A stretch of 61,308 nucleotides of DNA, filler included, from Ionaspis alba (Eukaryota), in the NCBI GenBank assembly GCA_964255285.1. It is 9 parts of 9 records of this genome, joined end to end, with 100 filler letters (N's around TTAATTAATTAA, not from the genome) between each part and the next. Parts side by side here need not be neighbours in the genome. Positions count along the whole stretch, not along the records: positions 47,898 to 54,559 come from CAXUUL010000896.1; positions 54,660 to 61,308 come from CAXUUL010000897.1; 7 more parts are not named here. The stretch is one strand, 5' to 3'. Made by a program: the position numbers and the translations under genes. This document shows positions 51,001 to 61,308 of this stretch, piece by piece. The notes below the pieces were generated by a model. That model worked only from the letters and a program-made list of their open reading frames with translations, made no database searches and was not told the DNA's origin. Numbering within the stretch: position 1 is the stretch's first letter; every line of letters begins with the position of its first letter.

Positions 51001-51807
51001 CCTGATGATTGTTATTCGCAAGCCTGCCAGTGCTACAACACCTCAACGAGCTCCTTTCACCTCTGCTGCGTCTCGTACATTTTCCAATGGGTCAATAGAT
51101 GGTCGGACCATTTCTGATGAGTTGGCTATCTCCGGAGATCGGCCTTCTCTGTCTAGCGTCAACGGTGACCGAAGTCCGGAAAAGTGAGAACCATCACTTC
51201 CCGCCATTTTGATGCTCCTGACTAACTTTTCTTCAGTCGTGGTCCAGAGAGCGCACAGAGATCAAGGAGCCCTTTTACATTTGGCTCGGCACCGCGACAG
51301 CCCAGCAACTCTTCTCCACCAGTCTTCTGGGTCAAAGACAAAGAGACTCCCATCGAGGATCTTCCGCAAGATTTGACTCACGAATCTTATACCATCTTCC
51401 GACATAACGCTTTGAAGCAGCGTGAAGAGACACAGAAGGGTCAGTGTCATCGTGACATGGACATCCTGTTCCAATTCTGGTCTCATTTCTTGATCCGGAA
51501 TTTCAACATCAGCATGTACGAGGAGTTCCGAAATCTGGCATTCGACGATGCTACGTACCGAGATTCCAACGTCGGTGTTCGCAATTTGGTAGCCTACTAT
51601 GATGAGTCGATACTTAGTCAGAAGGTCATCTCGGATGACTTGGCTCGCGATTATGTCGACCTGGTGAAGGCTGAAATTTCTAAGAAAGATCGGCTTGCTT
51701 TTGATAAGCTTCGCTCGGCTTGGAGGAATGGAGCCTTGAATCTGAAGAATCGTATCAAGATTGACAAGATTCTTGATGCTGATCTCAAGGCCGAGCTTGA
51801 GCGTTGA
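48063..51807 (+). CDS. La-related protein of the LARP1 type (La motif plus DM15-like C-terminus)
   Basis: Introns ~48901-48975, 50318-50364, 51184-51236. La motif QM|[29 protein letters not shown], RGG tracts, and C-terminal MDILFQFWSHFLIRNFN..MYEEFR.LA.DDA. Unsequenced gap at 49617-49716. Confidence 0.92.
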
Positions 51808-52660
51808 GCTTGTATTGACTCTCTTGCTTACTATTGCATTTCTTGGATGGCTGTGATTGGCTTTCCGTTCTGAATCTAGAGCTCGGAGGAATTTCTGCGA
51901 TCCACTTACTACTGCATGCACAAAAGTCCGAGCACGCAATTTCCCTACGGAAGCGGACTTCAAGGACCGCGACTCAGCAATCAAACCTCAGAATCGGTCT
52001 CCGTTACCTTGAATCTCAGCTCACGGTCAGACTGAAGCAGAGAACTCAATACTCGGTTCCTCCGATCCAGAAGTTCAACAGTTCTCATGTTGTTAGTANN
52101 NNNNNNNNNNNNNNNNNNNNNNNNNNNNNNNNNNNNNNNNNNNNNNNNNNNNNNNNNNNNNNNNNNNNNNNNNNNNNNNNNNNNNNNNNNNNNNNNNNAG
52201 GTGGTGGGTTTGCTCCTAATGCGAAGCGTGTGGGTGTTGGCTCTCTAGCTTACGGGCTCTACACTGCCCACTTAAGCTCTTGTCCTCAACGTGCCATGTT
52301 GGTCGCGTTGATTTGGTCCCATAGACTTTTTGTGTATGCTTGAGCTTACTACATACTCTAAAAGCAATTGATGATCCTGTTTGGCGTGGCTTTACTTCTC
52401 TTGACCCGTGTGAAGCACACAAAGCGATGTAGCAATTTACTCTATTCTTCTAATAGACCAGTCCATTCTTTGGGTCACAAATCTTCCTTCCTCCAGATGA
52501 TACTTGATCGAGCCTCGGTCTGCCAAGACCCACATGCCACACCTACTCATAAGGCTGAAATGTGTTAGCGCATTTTCGCCACAACATCCCCTCCTAGCCT
52601 TCGTCACTGCTTCCTCAATCCCTCAACTCATCCTTCTTCACTCCATCAACCACTGCCAAC

Positions 52661-54052
52661 ATGGCACCATCAAGCGGCACCCTACTGCTGCCTAAAGCCG
52701 TGAAAGTACTGAAGTGAGTCTCCTCTACACACATCTCATCTCCACCAACCTTTCCATCCCATCCCCTGGCCCAATTGTCCCACTAACTCAACCACCCCAG
52801 ATCCACCCTCTCAAAAACCCACTCCTTCATCCGTTCTCACCTCCTCCGCACCACCCACCCCAACGTCACCCTCCAACCCATCCTTGCTCCCCTCCGCGCC
52901 CAACACCCAATCCACCCTCTCGCCGCTCTCCGCCAATCCCGGCGCCACATCACCACAGCCGCCCGCACCTCAACCCACGCCTCGCCACGACCCTCCCGAG
53001 CCTCCTTCCCTGTCTCGAAAACCAGCACCACCCTCGCCCGTCAACATCTCACCCCCTTTGCCTCGCCCCTCCGCCCAAACCTTGCAACGGGAACAATCCC
53101 ACGCGGAGCCAACGGCAGCGTCCGAGCCTTCAGCTCAACGCCCGCGTCAAACGCGCAAGTCATCACCAACGTCTCGGCTGCCGTCCGCGCTTTCTGGACG
53201 CAGGGACATCGCGCCCAGTACGATGGCATGGACCAGGAAACCGGTGCGAAGAGGTTCAGACAGGTGTCTGTGACGCAGGAGAAGGCGGCTAGAGGGATGA
53301 GGAAGGCGATGGATAAATATTCGACTCGTGGTGCGAGTGTCACGTTCCGGATTGCGCCGACTGTGACTGCGTTCTCGCCTTTTGCTGCTTCTACTGCTTA
53401 TAGCGTATACTCCGCGGGTCAGGAGTTAGAGACTGAAGCCCAGGCTGCTCTCACTACTTCGACAATGGCGGCTTTGAGCACGGATTTTGCTCGTGCGTTG
53501 AGGGATTTGGCGGCCGTGACGAAAGATCTGGAACGCCTTTCAAAATTGGGTGATTTGCCGCTGTCGCTCTCGCCGGACGGGACGAGGATTTCGGTCCGTT
53601 TTCCCGGATGCGATGCTAGGGTTGTGGAGGCGCTTTGTGATGAGGTGGGAGTTGTGAGGGGCGTGGTGAGGGAGGATGAGGGGTGGGGTGATGATAGGGC
53701 TGTGGAGATGGCGTTGTTGTTTCCATTTGCGCCATCAAGGGAAGAGAGTGATGTTGAGGGGATGTTTCTCAAGGGTGGGAAGAAGCATGGGTTGGAAATG
53801 GAGTGGAGGGATATGTTGGAGCCGACGTTGTCGGCGAAGTCGGTGACTAGTGCGGAGAGTGGGGAGTTCGGTGGTGAGGGGGTGGTGGAGTTTAATCCTT
53901 GGGAAGGAGAGGGATATGAGAGTTTGAGGGACAGTGATTTGGAGGAGAATGATAGTCCGAGGAGGAGGTCGAGTGGGGGAGATAGGGCGGGATATGAAGG
54001 GATTGAAGGGATATATCGGTTTTTAAACGAGATTGATGGGGCGAAGAGGTAG
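52661..54052 (+). CDS. Conserved fungal protein resembling the stationary phase protein 5 (SPG5) family
   Basis: Intron 52714-52800. Motifs PFASPLRPNL, VRAFSSTP..AQVITNVSAAVRAFW, LGDLP, VRFPGCD..VE.LCDEVG, ALLFPFAP, YEGIEGIYRFL. Basic, Ser/Thr-rich N-terminus suggests mitochondrial targeting. Confidence 0.75.
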
Positions 54053-54559
54053 GTGAAGGTATATGGTGGCCACGACTTGGTTTCAAATTGGCACTCGGAC
54101 TTGGGAGACGATCGTCGTTTGGAAGGAGTGCGGCTTTCTTGGTATTACTAGATGACAGTTCTGTCTCTGGTTCACCAATACTTTCGGTACTTATCAATTA
54201 CAGATTTCCTTCACGACGTGATCAAATTTGATGTGAAGAGATTGCCATTCAAGCCAAATATGTAACAGCGAAGTGGAGGTCTCTGTCTGTCCTGTTCTCA
54301 AGCGAGATAGCAAAGCAAGCACCCATCCCAAAAATAACAGCCCCAAAAGCCCGGCAGCACAAGAAAAAATGCCCATCTCAGAGAGAAGAAAAAGATATTA
54401 GAGCCAAAGTTCCTCCCACTATCTCTCATAGCTAGCCATTCAGCCTTCGCAAAAAACTTCGCAACAGCCAGAAAATCCCAGCCACGATAGAGATTGGTCG
54501 GTTCATTCTGCCATCTGTCCGCTGCCCCAAAAAATCCCAGAAAATGTTGAAATCCACAC

Positions 54560-54659
54560 NNNNNNNNNNNNNNNNNNNNNNNNNNNNNNNNNNNNNNNNN
54601 NNNTTAATTAATTAANNNNNNNNNNNNNNNNNNNNNNNNNNNNNNNNNNNNNNNNNNNN
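54560..54659. other. Artificial scaffold-joining spacer
   Basis: N44-TTAATTAATTAA-N44. Confidence 0.98.
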
Positions 54660-56316
54660 TACATGGTTAGGGCTCTTGGGAAGTGAGTCAGAAACCTTGA
54701 TAATGCATGGGCGTCCGCCAGTCGAGCTAACCGATCGCGTTAGGGGCGGCTAAATTTTGCGGTGTCTCTCCAGTAGAAATTAGGGGGAATAGGTTTTCGA
54801 TTTCTAATTGTCCTTGTCAGCGAATTTCCTCCGTACGGTGGAGCTCACGGACGTCAGCTTCACCACTAGCGCGAGTAGTCCAGGTTGACCCGGGACGAGT
54901 CCGGCTTTCACCTTCTAATTTACAGCTGTTGAGTCCTGACTGATCAAAAACCCGCCGAAGCTCCATCTTGAGGACAACCAAACAGAATATTTATCAACAT
55001 GGTCGGCCAGCTCTAGTATCACATCCGCTAACTATCTACCATGTGTCAAATCGACTGCTAGTGGATACGTATCCTTCCACTACTTTTTGCGAAATACTCA
55101 TATTTTTGATTCTTCGCCTCGAGCTGTCTATTTTTGGCACTACTTTCTGCTACATTGATTCATGCGTGGAAAAGTAAGCAAGCCGTATCAGATGACTGGA
55201 TTTCTATACTTAAGAAGACCACTAAACCTAGGTTAGGCATGACTTGTGGTCTGAAAAGCATTCTCTTTAGGCTCTTCTCAAAACAGATGATTCGGGCACT
55301 TGGATTATTTATTATAGTCTGGGAAATCTGACGCCTGCAATGCCAAACTCATATTGGCAAAGACACGTCTCTACTCAAGTTTGCCTGGGGGATCTCGCAG
55401 AATCCGCGTGACCCATCAATGCAATAATTTGTTGCTTCATGACATACAACCTTTAGATCTCAGTACCGGCTTCGATAACAAGAAGGACCAGGTCAGCTCT
55501 CGACCGTGCCTCCATTCAGCATGCACCAAATATTTTGGGAGGGACCAAGGCTTTAGAGCGAATCGTAAGGTCAGATGTTTGGTTCCTTTGCTCATGTCGG
55601 GGACGACGTATTTAAGCAACTTTCCAATCAGTCAACAAGTTCACCATCTTAGATCTGGCCTTCAGCTTGTCGCACCTCTCCAAATTATCTAATGAATTCC
55701 ATCACACTAGATTGTTAAGAATTAGCAAGTTACTTTTCATCTTGAAGCAAACCTCGACATACAACGCAGTGCAATTTGAGGCTTAAAAATCAGAGATTGG
55801 ATCTAGACCAAGTTTTCTACTGAAGTCTATGAACAAAAGCCTCGCTGTGTCACAGAGCACTTGCCAATGTCCGAAATCGACAACACTATTTTTCAGACAA
55901 TGTGTTGACGAACCTAGCTATCCCGCCTGCTTGGCCAGCTCACACCGTGATTGCTACAACACGTGATGAACCGTGTTTGTTCTCGCCGCGACAGTGCCTT
56001 CGATGCTCAAGTCAACTTCTGTAGCAGAGTCCTCACTGGATCATTCACCTCCTCACTCCCAGTCATAAAGTCTCACTCGCTTGACAGATGACACTCGGTA
56101 GTTCACCGAACCAGTCCACATCTTGTTGATCTCGTCCTACTGCACGGGGTAAACGTGTGTATCCTTCCGGCCTCAGCTCCAAAAAACACTATACGGTCTA
56201 CGCGTTCCTGATCGACTTGGCCCGTACTTATGTGAGGTCAATCTTGATAGCTCACGTACGCACATGTGCTTGGTTGCCAATAAATCAATCAAACCTTCCT
56301 GTCATCTAAGCTCCAG

Positions 56317-57550
56317 ATGTCTTACTCCAAATTCCCACGGTTTGGGGATGGGGATGTAATCATCGGACTTCCTAGCGGCCGCTTGTACCTTCTTCACGTT
56401 GCTGTCCTCCGACGTAGCTCCGAATACTTCTCTAAGCTTCTTGCTGAAGACCTCGGAGCGAAACTGACTCCCAGGGCCAAGAGAGAAGGTGTTACCGTAC
56501 GATACCGCATTGATCTGTTTGTTCGTGGTTCTGCCACCAGCCATGACAATACACGCTTTATACTCAAGGTAAAGAGCCCCAAAACTTTCTCTACCTTACT
56601 GAACAAGCCTTTGGTTGACAGAGCTGTTACAGGAAGTGGACTGTAATGGTCGTAGTGCTGGTATCACGGGGTTACCAGATGTTGACAACGGCAAAGTGCC
56701 CAATCCCGTCTACAAACACTACGATAACCTCTTCCGCGCCCTCTACAACGAGGCGCTTGACATTGATGGCACCGACCTTGCCAGCGTTTTGGGAGATTGC
56801 ATGGGCCTTGTCAACATTGCTGAAAACTACGAATGTGTTTCTTGTGTGGCAGAGTCCGTTGACATTGCCTTACTTCGCCAAGGCCAAGTTCTGTTCAAAT
56901 CCATCGCCAACAATCCCGTAGCATGGGCCAATTTTGCTATGCGCATCAAGTCTCCGACTATTATGAAAGACTGTCTCATACACCTGGTTGGTAAGTGGAG
57001 GATGTTGAGCGAGCGCGAACACAGCGAATTGAACCCATCGGTTGCAACAATCTGTCAGCGTAAGCATGAGGACCTACGAACAATGAAGTCTGCTATCGAG
57101 TTACGCATCCTTGGTCATTATTCGAGCGTAGTCCAGAAGCCTGTTCATGAAAATCCTGGGCGCATGTCGTATGGAAATGACATATATTCCTGGATGGCAC
57201 TGTCATTCTTTCGGCATTGGTTCAGTCAGAGCATCTGCGAGAACAAAACGTTTGATGCAGAGGATGGGGGTTTTAAGTTCTATCAAGCACTTCACAGAGG
57301 AGGCCAATCATACCTCGACCGTATCCAATGCGAGTCTTTTCATCTCTACTTTCCTATGAGTAGGAAGGGCAAGACTGTCTTCGAGAACCACCTGGCAGCA
57401 TACAAGGCCGACATTCAACCTTTCGCGGCCCCATTGCTTGTGAATCGAAGTCAGCTTGAGCTTGCGGAGGATGAGGATCTTGGACATCTAACATGCTTAG
57501 AGGTCGACATCAAGGACTATCCGTGGGTGGGTGGTGATCCTAAGATTTAG
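56317..57550 (+). CDS. Fungal BTB/POZ-like domain protein
   Basis: Intron 56569-56632 joins two ORFs in phase 0. FPRFGDGDVII...YLLH..VLRRSS.YF is a BTB-like start, followed by Y..LFRALYN, AENYEC and LIHLVG.W. A further 3' exon cannot be excluded. Confidence 0.8.
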
Positions 57551-58134
57551 AAGCTTAGTCAGTGCCGGCGGTCTCATGGCATGTACCCCTCTCGTCAGTC
57601 CATTGCCGGCCCACCATCGCAAACCGAGATACCGGAACCAGTGGCTGCTGACATGGGCTTGGAATTTCAATGGCTTGCCTCTGGGCTCGGCTTCGACTTC
57701 TCTCTAGCACGCTCCTTTTTACACGCTGTGCTGTCGCTGCGCTATCAATGGCTTCTCCTTTCCGGCTGCCGATGCTCATATCGTGTGAAGCTTGTGCGTA
57801 CGACAGGCCAGAGGGCGAAAGTAATCGGACCCAGTATGAGAGAAGGTCTTTTGACACCGATACAAAGATGGAGACTGTACTCTGGGCTCTGCTGGCCCTA
57901 GAAGCTCATGCAAATACGTTTTCGAGAACAATGGCGGGATAGTCTCAACATTAACTTATTATGGCGTAAAGGCAACTCTTGAATATGATGACATAGTGCT
58001 CGCTGTTCCCACTTAAATGCATCTGAAAATCCTCCTTTGTGACTTATGTACACAAGTCGTCCTAACGGCTGCCGGGCCCCACAAAGATCATCCTACAGCC
58101 AAAGCAGCGGTGCTAGATGGCTCCCTGATCACTC

Positions 58135-58430
58135 TCAATCATCGTAGCCCTCGGGAATTCTTCTTGGCCCCGTCGGTACTACACTCCCGTTAGCTGGGAT
58201 TCAAAGATACGAGGTGGCAGCCAAAAAATCGCGCCGGAACACTCACTCGGGTAGGTCAGAGGTATTGCTTCGCGAGGCCCATCGCCAAATCTACGTCGAA
58301 GCGGCGGTACACCAATCACCAAAAACGGTCCGATACTTCCGATCACAATCGAGTAGAAAATCGCCGGCTTTTCGTAAGAAGCCCATCTTAGGTAGTGAAT
58401 GGGTTGTGTAAAGAAGCGGGGAGAAGACAT
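58135..58430 (-). CDS. NADH:ubiquinone oxidoreductase 9.5 kDa subunit (NI9M/NDUFA3-like)
   Basis: Exons 58430-58247 and 58178-58135: MSSPRFFTQPIHYLRWASYEKPAIFYSIVIG..GP...IPLTYP|IPTGPRRIPEGYDD. Confidence 0.92.
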
Positions 58431-58722
58431 CTTGCCAATATAGACACTGTACAGACAGAGTACAACACTGAGACTGAGAGGGAAGACCGGCAAGAGCTGC
58501 TCAAGGAGTTTTCGAGAATGGGTGTTGTGAATTGGGATCTTTTGTGTGGTGCGTAGCTTACTTCTGAGGTGTGAATTGAATCAGCGTATGGTTCAGCGCA
58601 ATTGACGGTCGTGATTGGTCATACTTCTGATTACATAAGCGTTCAACAGCTTGGCACGGAACACGTCTCCCAAGAACCATGACTTTGCTTTGGCCTCTGG
58701 CAGAGCACATCAAGCCTCCAAG

Positions 58723-60304
58723 ATGCGGTGGCTCTTCTCGTTGTTGTTTATAACTGCTTTACATTCTGTCCAGGCCTTGAGTAGTAGCGGAAGCAGACTT
58801 CTTGTGGTGATAGAAGATACTGCGGAGCAGGGCAAATACTCCAAGTTGTGGGGAGACCTTCGAGGTGCGCCTGCAGGCATTGAGCTCTTCTTCAGCGATT
58901 TTCTTGACTGACTAGAGGGCAATCATAGATCGCGGTTACAGCATATCTTTCGAATCTCCAAAGAATGAAAAACTCGCACTCCTAAAGCATGGCGAGAGGG
59001 TTCATGATCATGTCTTAATACTTCCGCCAAAGTCCAAAGGTAAGCAGTATCTGTCGACCACATTCCGCCGACCCCGTGCTGATCATGGAAACAGGTCTTG
59101 GACCAGCCCTGTCCCCAAAATTCCTGCTAGAATTTATCAATCAAAGCGGCAACATCCTCCTTACACTCTCAGGCGATGCTCCTACTCCTGCTGCCATAAC
59201 ATCCCTCCTATTGGAGCTCGATATTCATCTCCCACCAGACCGAACCTCACTGGTAGTTGATCATTTCAACTTTGACACACTTTCCGCCGACGAAAAACAT
59301 GATGTCCTTCTTGTGCCCCAGCCATCACCTCTTCGTCCAGACGTCAGTAATTTTTTCGGTGGGGATGGTGTCCTGGTCTTCCCTCGCACAGTCGCTCAGC
59401 AGCTTGGCAGCTCTAGCCCTCTACTGACACGAATAGTTCGGGCAGAGAGCACAGCATATTGCTATAATCCGAAGGACGAGGCGGACATGGTTGAAGACCC
59501 TTTCGTCGTGGGGGAGCAGATATCTCTTGTCTCAGCTTTTCAAGCTCGAAACTCAGCCCGCTTCACCGTTCTTGGCTCTGTCGAAGCATTAGAAGACAAG
59601 TGGTTTGATAGTACAGTCAAGGGTCTCGCCGGTCAGAAAACCAAGACTGCCAACAGAAATTTTGCAAAGCAATTGACAGAATGGACGTTTATGGAGATTG
59701 GTGTCCTGAAGGTCGGCAAGGTCGAACATCATCTAAGCGACGTGTTCCACGGCACTCACGGAAACGACACGATCACCCAGCTTGGATATTTGAATCCGAA
59801 GATATATAGAGTGAAGAATGACGTTGTGAGCAGTACGCATAAGCCATTCGAAGGATCACAGCTGATTATCGCTTACAGACCTTCACTATCGAGCTATCGG
59901 AGTACACTTTAACGCACCTTTCCCCGCCTTCCCTACCTACCGGGGATGCTCTACAGCTAGAGTTCTCTATGCTCTCCCCTTTCCATCGTATCACCCTACT
60001 TCCCAGCCACAGCACTTCCAATAGTACCTTTTACACGGCCACCTTCACTTCCCCTGATCAGCATGGTATCTTTGCATTCAAAGTCAACTATAAACGCCCT
60101 TTCCTTACCAACGTTGAAGTAAAGCGGGAAGTTACCGTGAGGCATTTCGCGCATGATGAATGGCCACGGAGTTGGATGATCAGTGGTGGCTGGGTCTGGA
60201 TAGCCGGTGTATGGATTACGATTGGCGGTTGGGTTGCTTTCGTTGCAGTATGGTTATGGAGCGAGCCAAGTTATGAAAAAGGAAAAGGAAAGAAGTCACA
60301 ATAA
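58723..60304 (+). CDS. WBP1: Oligosaccharyltransferase subunit Wbp1/OST48
   Basis: Introns 58865-58928, 59040-59094, 59826-59878. Signal peptide; motifs QARNSARF, LQLEFSMLSPFHR, PDQHGIF.F.VNYKRP; C-terminal TM segment and KKSQ (KKxx) ER-retrieval signal. Confidence 0.95.
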
Positions 60305-60616
60305 TCTGGCGAGGCATGAAAAGATATAGAAAGAGAAATAGATTTCTTGATACCATTTCTACCTGTAGGAGCTATTTTGCCTGTAAACCTTTGAGTTCAA
60401 TAGTCCCATCATCAGTGAAGAGGTCATGACCGGCGTCACAGTAGAAGTTGCTCCACAATGCAACGGCTCCATGGTCCATCAGTAAATGCAATATATACAA
60501 TATCGGTGAGGCTTTCGAGCCATAATGATACTGAACTATTTTTTGCTCTTGCCAAAAGCACAGACATCTGCATACGGCTCTGGTCCATGGGACTTGGGCA
60601 AAGATCCATCCTCAAG

Positions 60617-61022
60617 CTAGCCCCCGTCTTTTGGCTCCTCTCTTCCTTCCGTCTCCCTGACGACTTTTCCCACCGCAGGCCTACCCCCGTACAGTTGCGC
60701 TCCCTCCGGCCCAGCACCTCCTTCCAGTTCCTGGCTAACAGCGATAGGTTGATTCCCTCGGAACCTTTTGCGCATATCTACCATGCCCCTCTTGCAATCG
60801 CCATAGCCACGCTTTAATTGCTGGCAGCGGGTGGGCAGGGTGTCAACGAGAGGAGGGCGCAAGCAATCCGCAGGGGTGTGACGGTCCACCAAGACGCAGT
60901 CGGAAGATTGGAGGCACGCCGCCAGTGCAGCACCTGAAAAGACCTTCTTAGCGGTTGTTGAAGGACCTGAAGGAAGGTCAGGTGCGGGGGGAAATACGGA
61001 TATCTTTGCAAGAGGAGGGCAT
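60617..61022 (-). CDS. PET191: Cytochrome c oxidase assembly factor Pet191/Coa5
   Basis: Exons 61022-60998 and 60933-60617: MPSSCKDIR|AALAACLQSSDCV...DCL...LPTRCQQLKRGYGDCKRGMVDMRKRFRGN, the twin-Cx9C-like family pattern. Confidence 0.92.
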
Positions 61023-61308
61023 GGTTGACTATATCAATATCGACTGCTGTACTTCAAGCCTTGTCAGATCGGGGCCAAGAATGCGGTATTGGAGAGGCAA
61101 GACGGCCATGGAGGTTTCTTAAGGAAAGACAAGGTCGATACTGGTACAGCTTATCATTAAAATCATGTATTGGACTGTCTTGCCACTTTTCCTATGTTAA
61201 GCCGGGGCTGGATTGGCGCTTAGCTTGGCTCGCATACGCAGGTGGTGATTCAAGGAGTCCAAGAATGACATCCTTCATGGACTATCATTTTGATGCTTAT
61301 CGATCCAT

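Noticed and set aside
54194..54559. Possible minus-strand gene end at the right edge of scaffold 8
   Set aside because: Open frames give unrecognisable low-complexity peptides; more likely UTR or intergenic sequence
6847..54615. Regularly spaced TTAATTAATTAA as a biological repeat or CRISPR-like array
   Set aside because: Always embedded in exactly 44+44 N; it is a synthetic six-frame stop linker
54660..56300. Transposon remnant or telomere-like sequence (scattered TTAGGG) in a gene-free stretch
   Set aside because: Isolated hexamers only; no array, terminal repeats or transposase-like peptide visible

Overview
Eukaryotic DNA from a filamentous ascomycete (Pezizomycotina-type genes, short GT-AG introns with CTRAC branch points). 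The window is not one locus. It is nine separate scaffolds of 6802 to 6649 bp, sorted by decreasing length and joined by artificial N44-TTAATTAATTAA-N44 spacers, so adjacency across spacers carries no biological meaning. Three internal 100-N gaps are flanked by exact 55-bp duplications, so they are false gaps and one of them splits a gene. About 30 protein genes or fragments can be reconstructed by hand. They include a STE3 pheromone receptor, nitrite reductase niiA, LEU1, a second-type ILV3, RPS19, WBP1, LARP1, SMN, CUZ1, MTFP1 and HDDC2. Small spliced genes missing or fragmentary in the ORF track are ATP19, SERF, PET191/COA5 and the complex I 9.5 kDa subunit. I found no RNA genes, transposons or CRISPR arrays, and I cannot support a new multi-gene system. 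The best leads are an alpha/beta-hydrolase fused to a DUSP11/RNA-triphosphatase-like phosphatase, LeuB sites upstream of LEU1, an AreA/NirA-like promoter with a divergent ATG upstream of niiA, microexons and an unusual splice acceptor, and a strong C-to-G skew switch inside several genes. All family calls come from recalled motifs, not from database searches.
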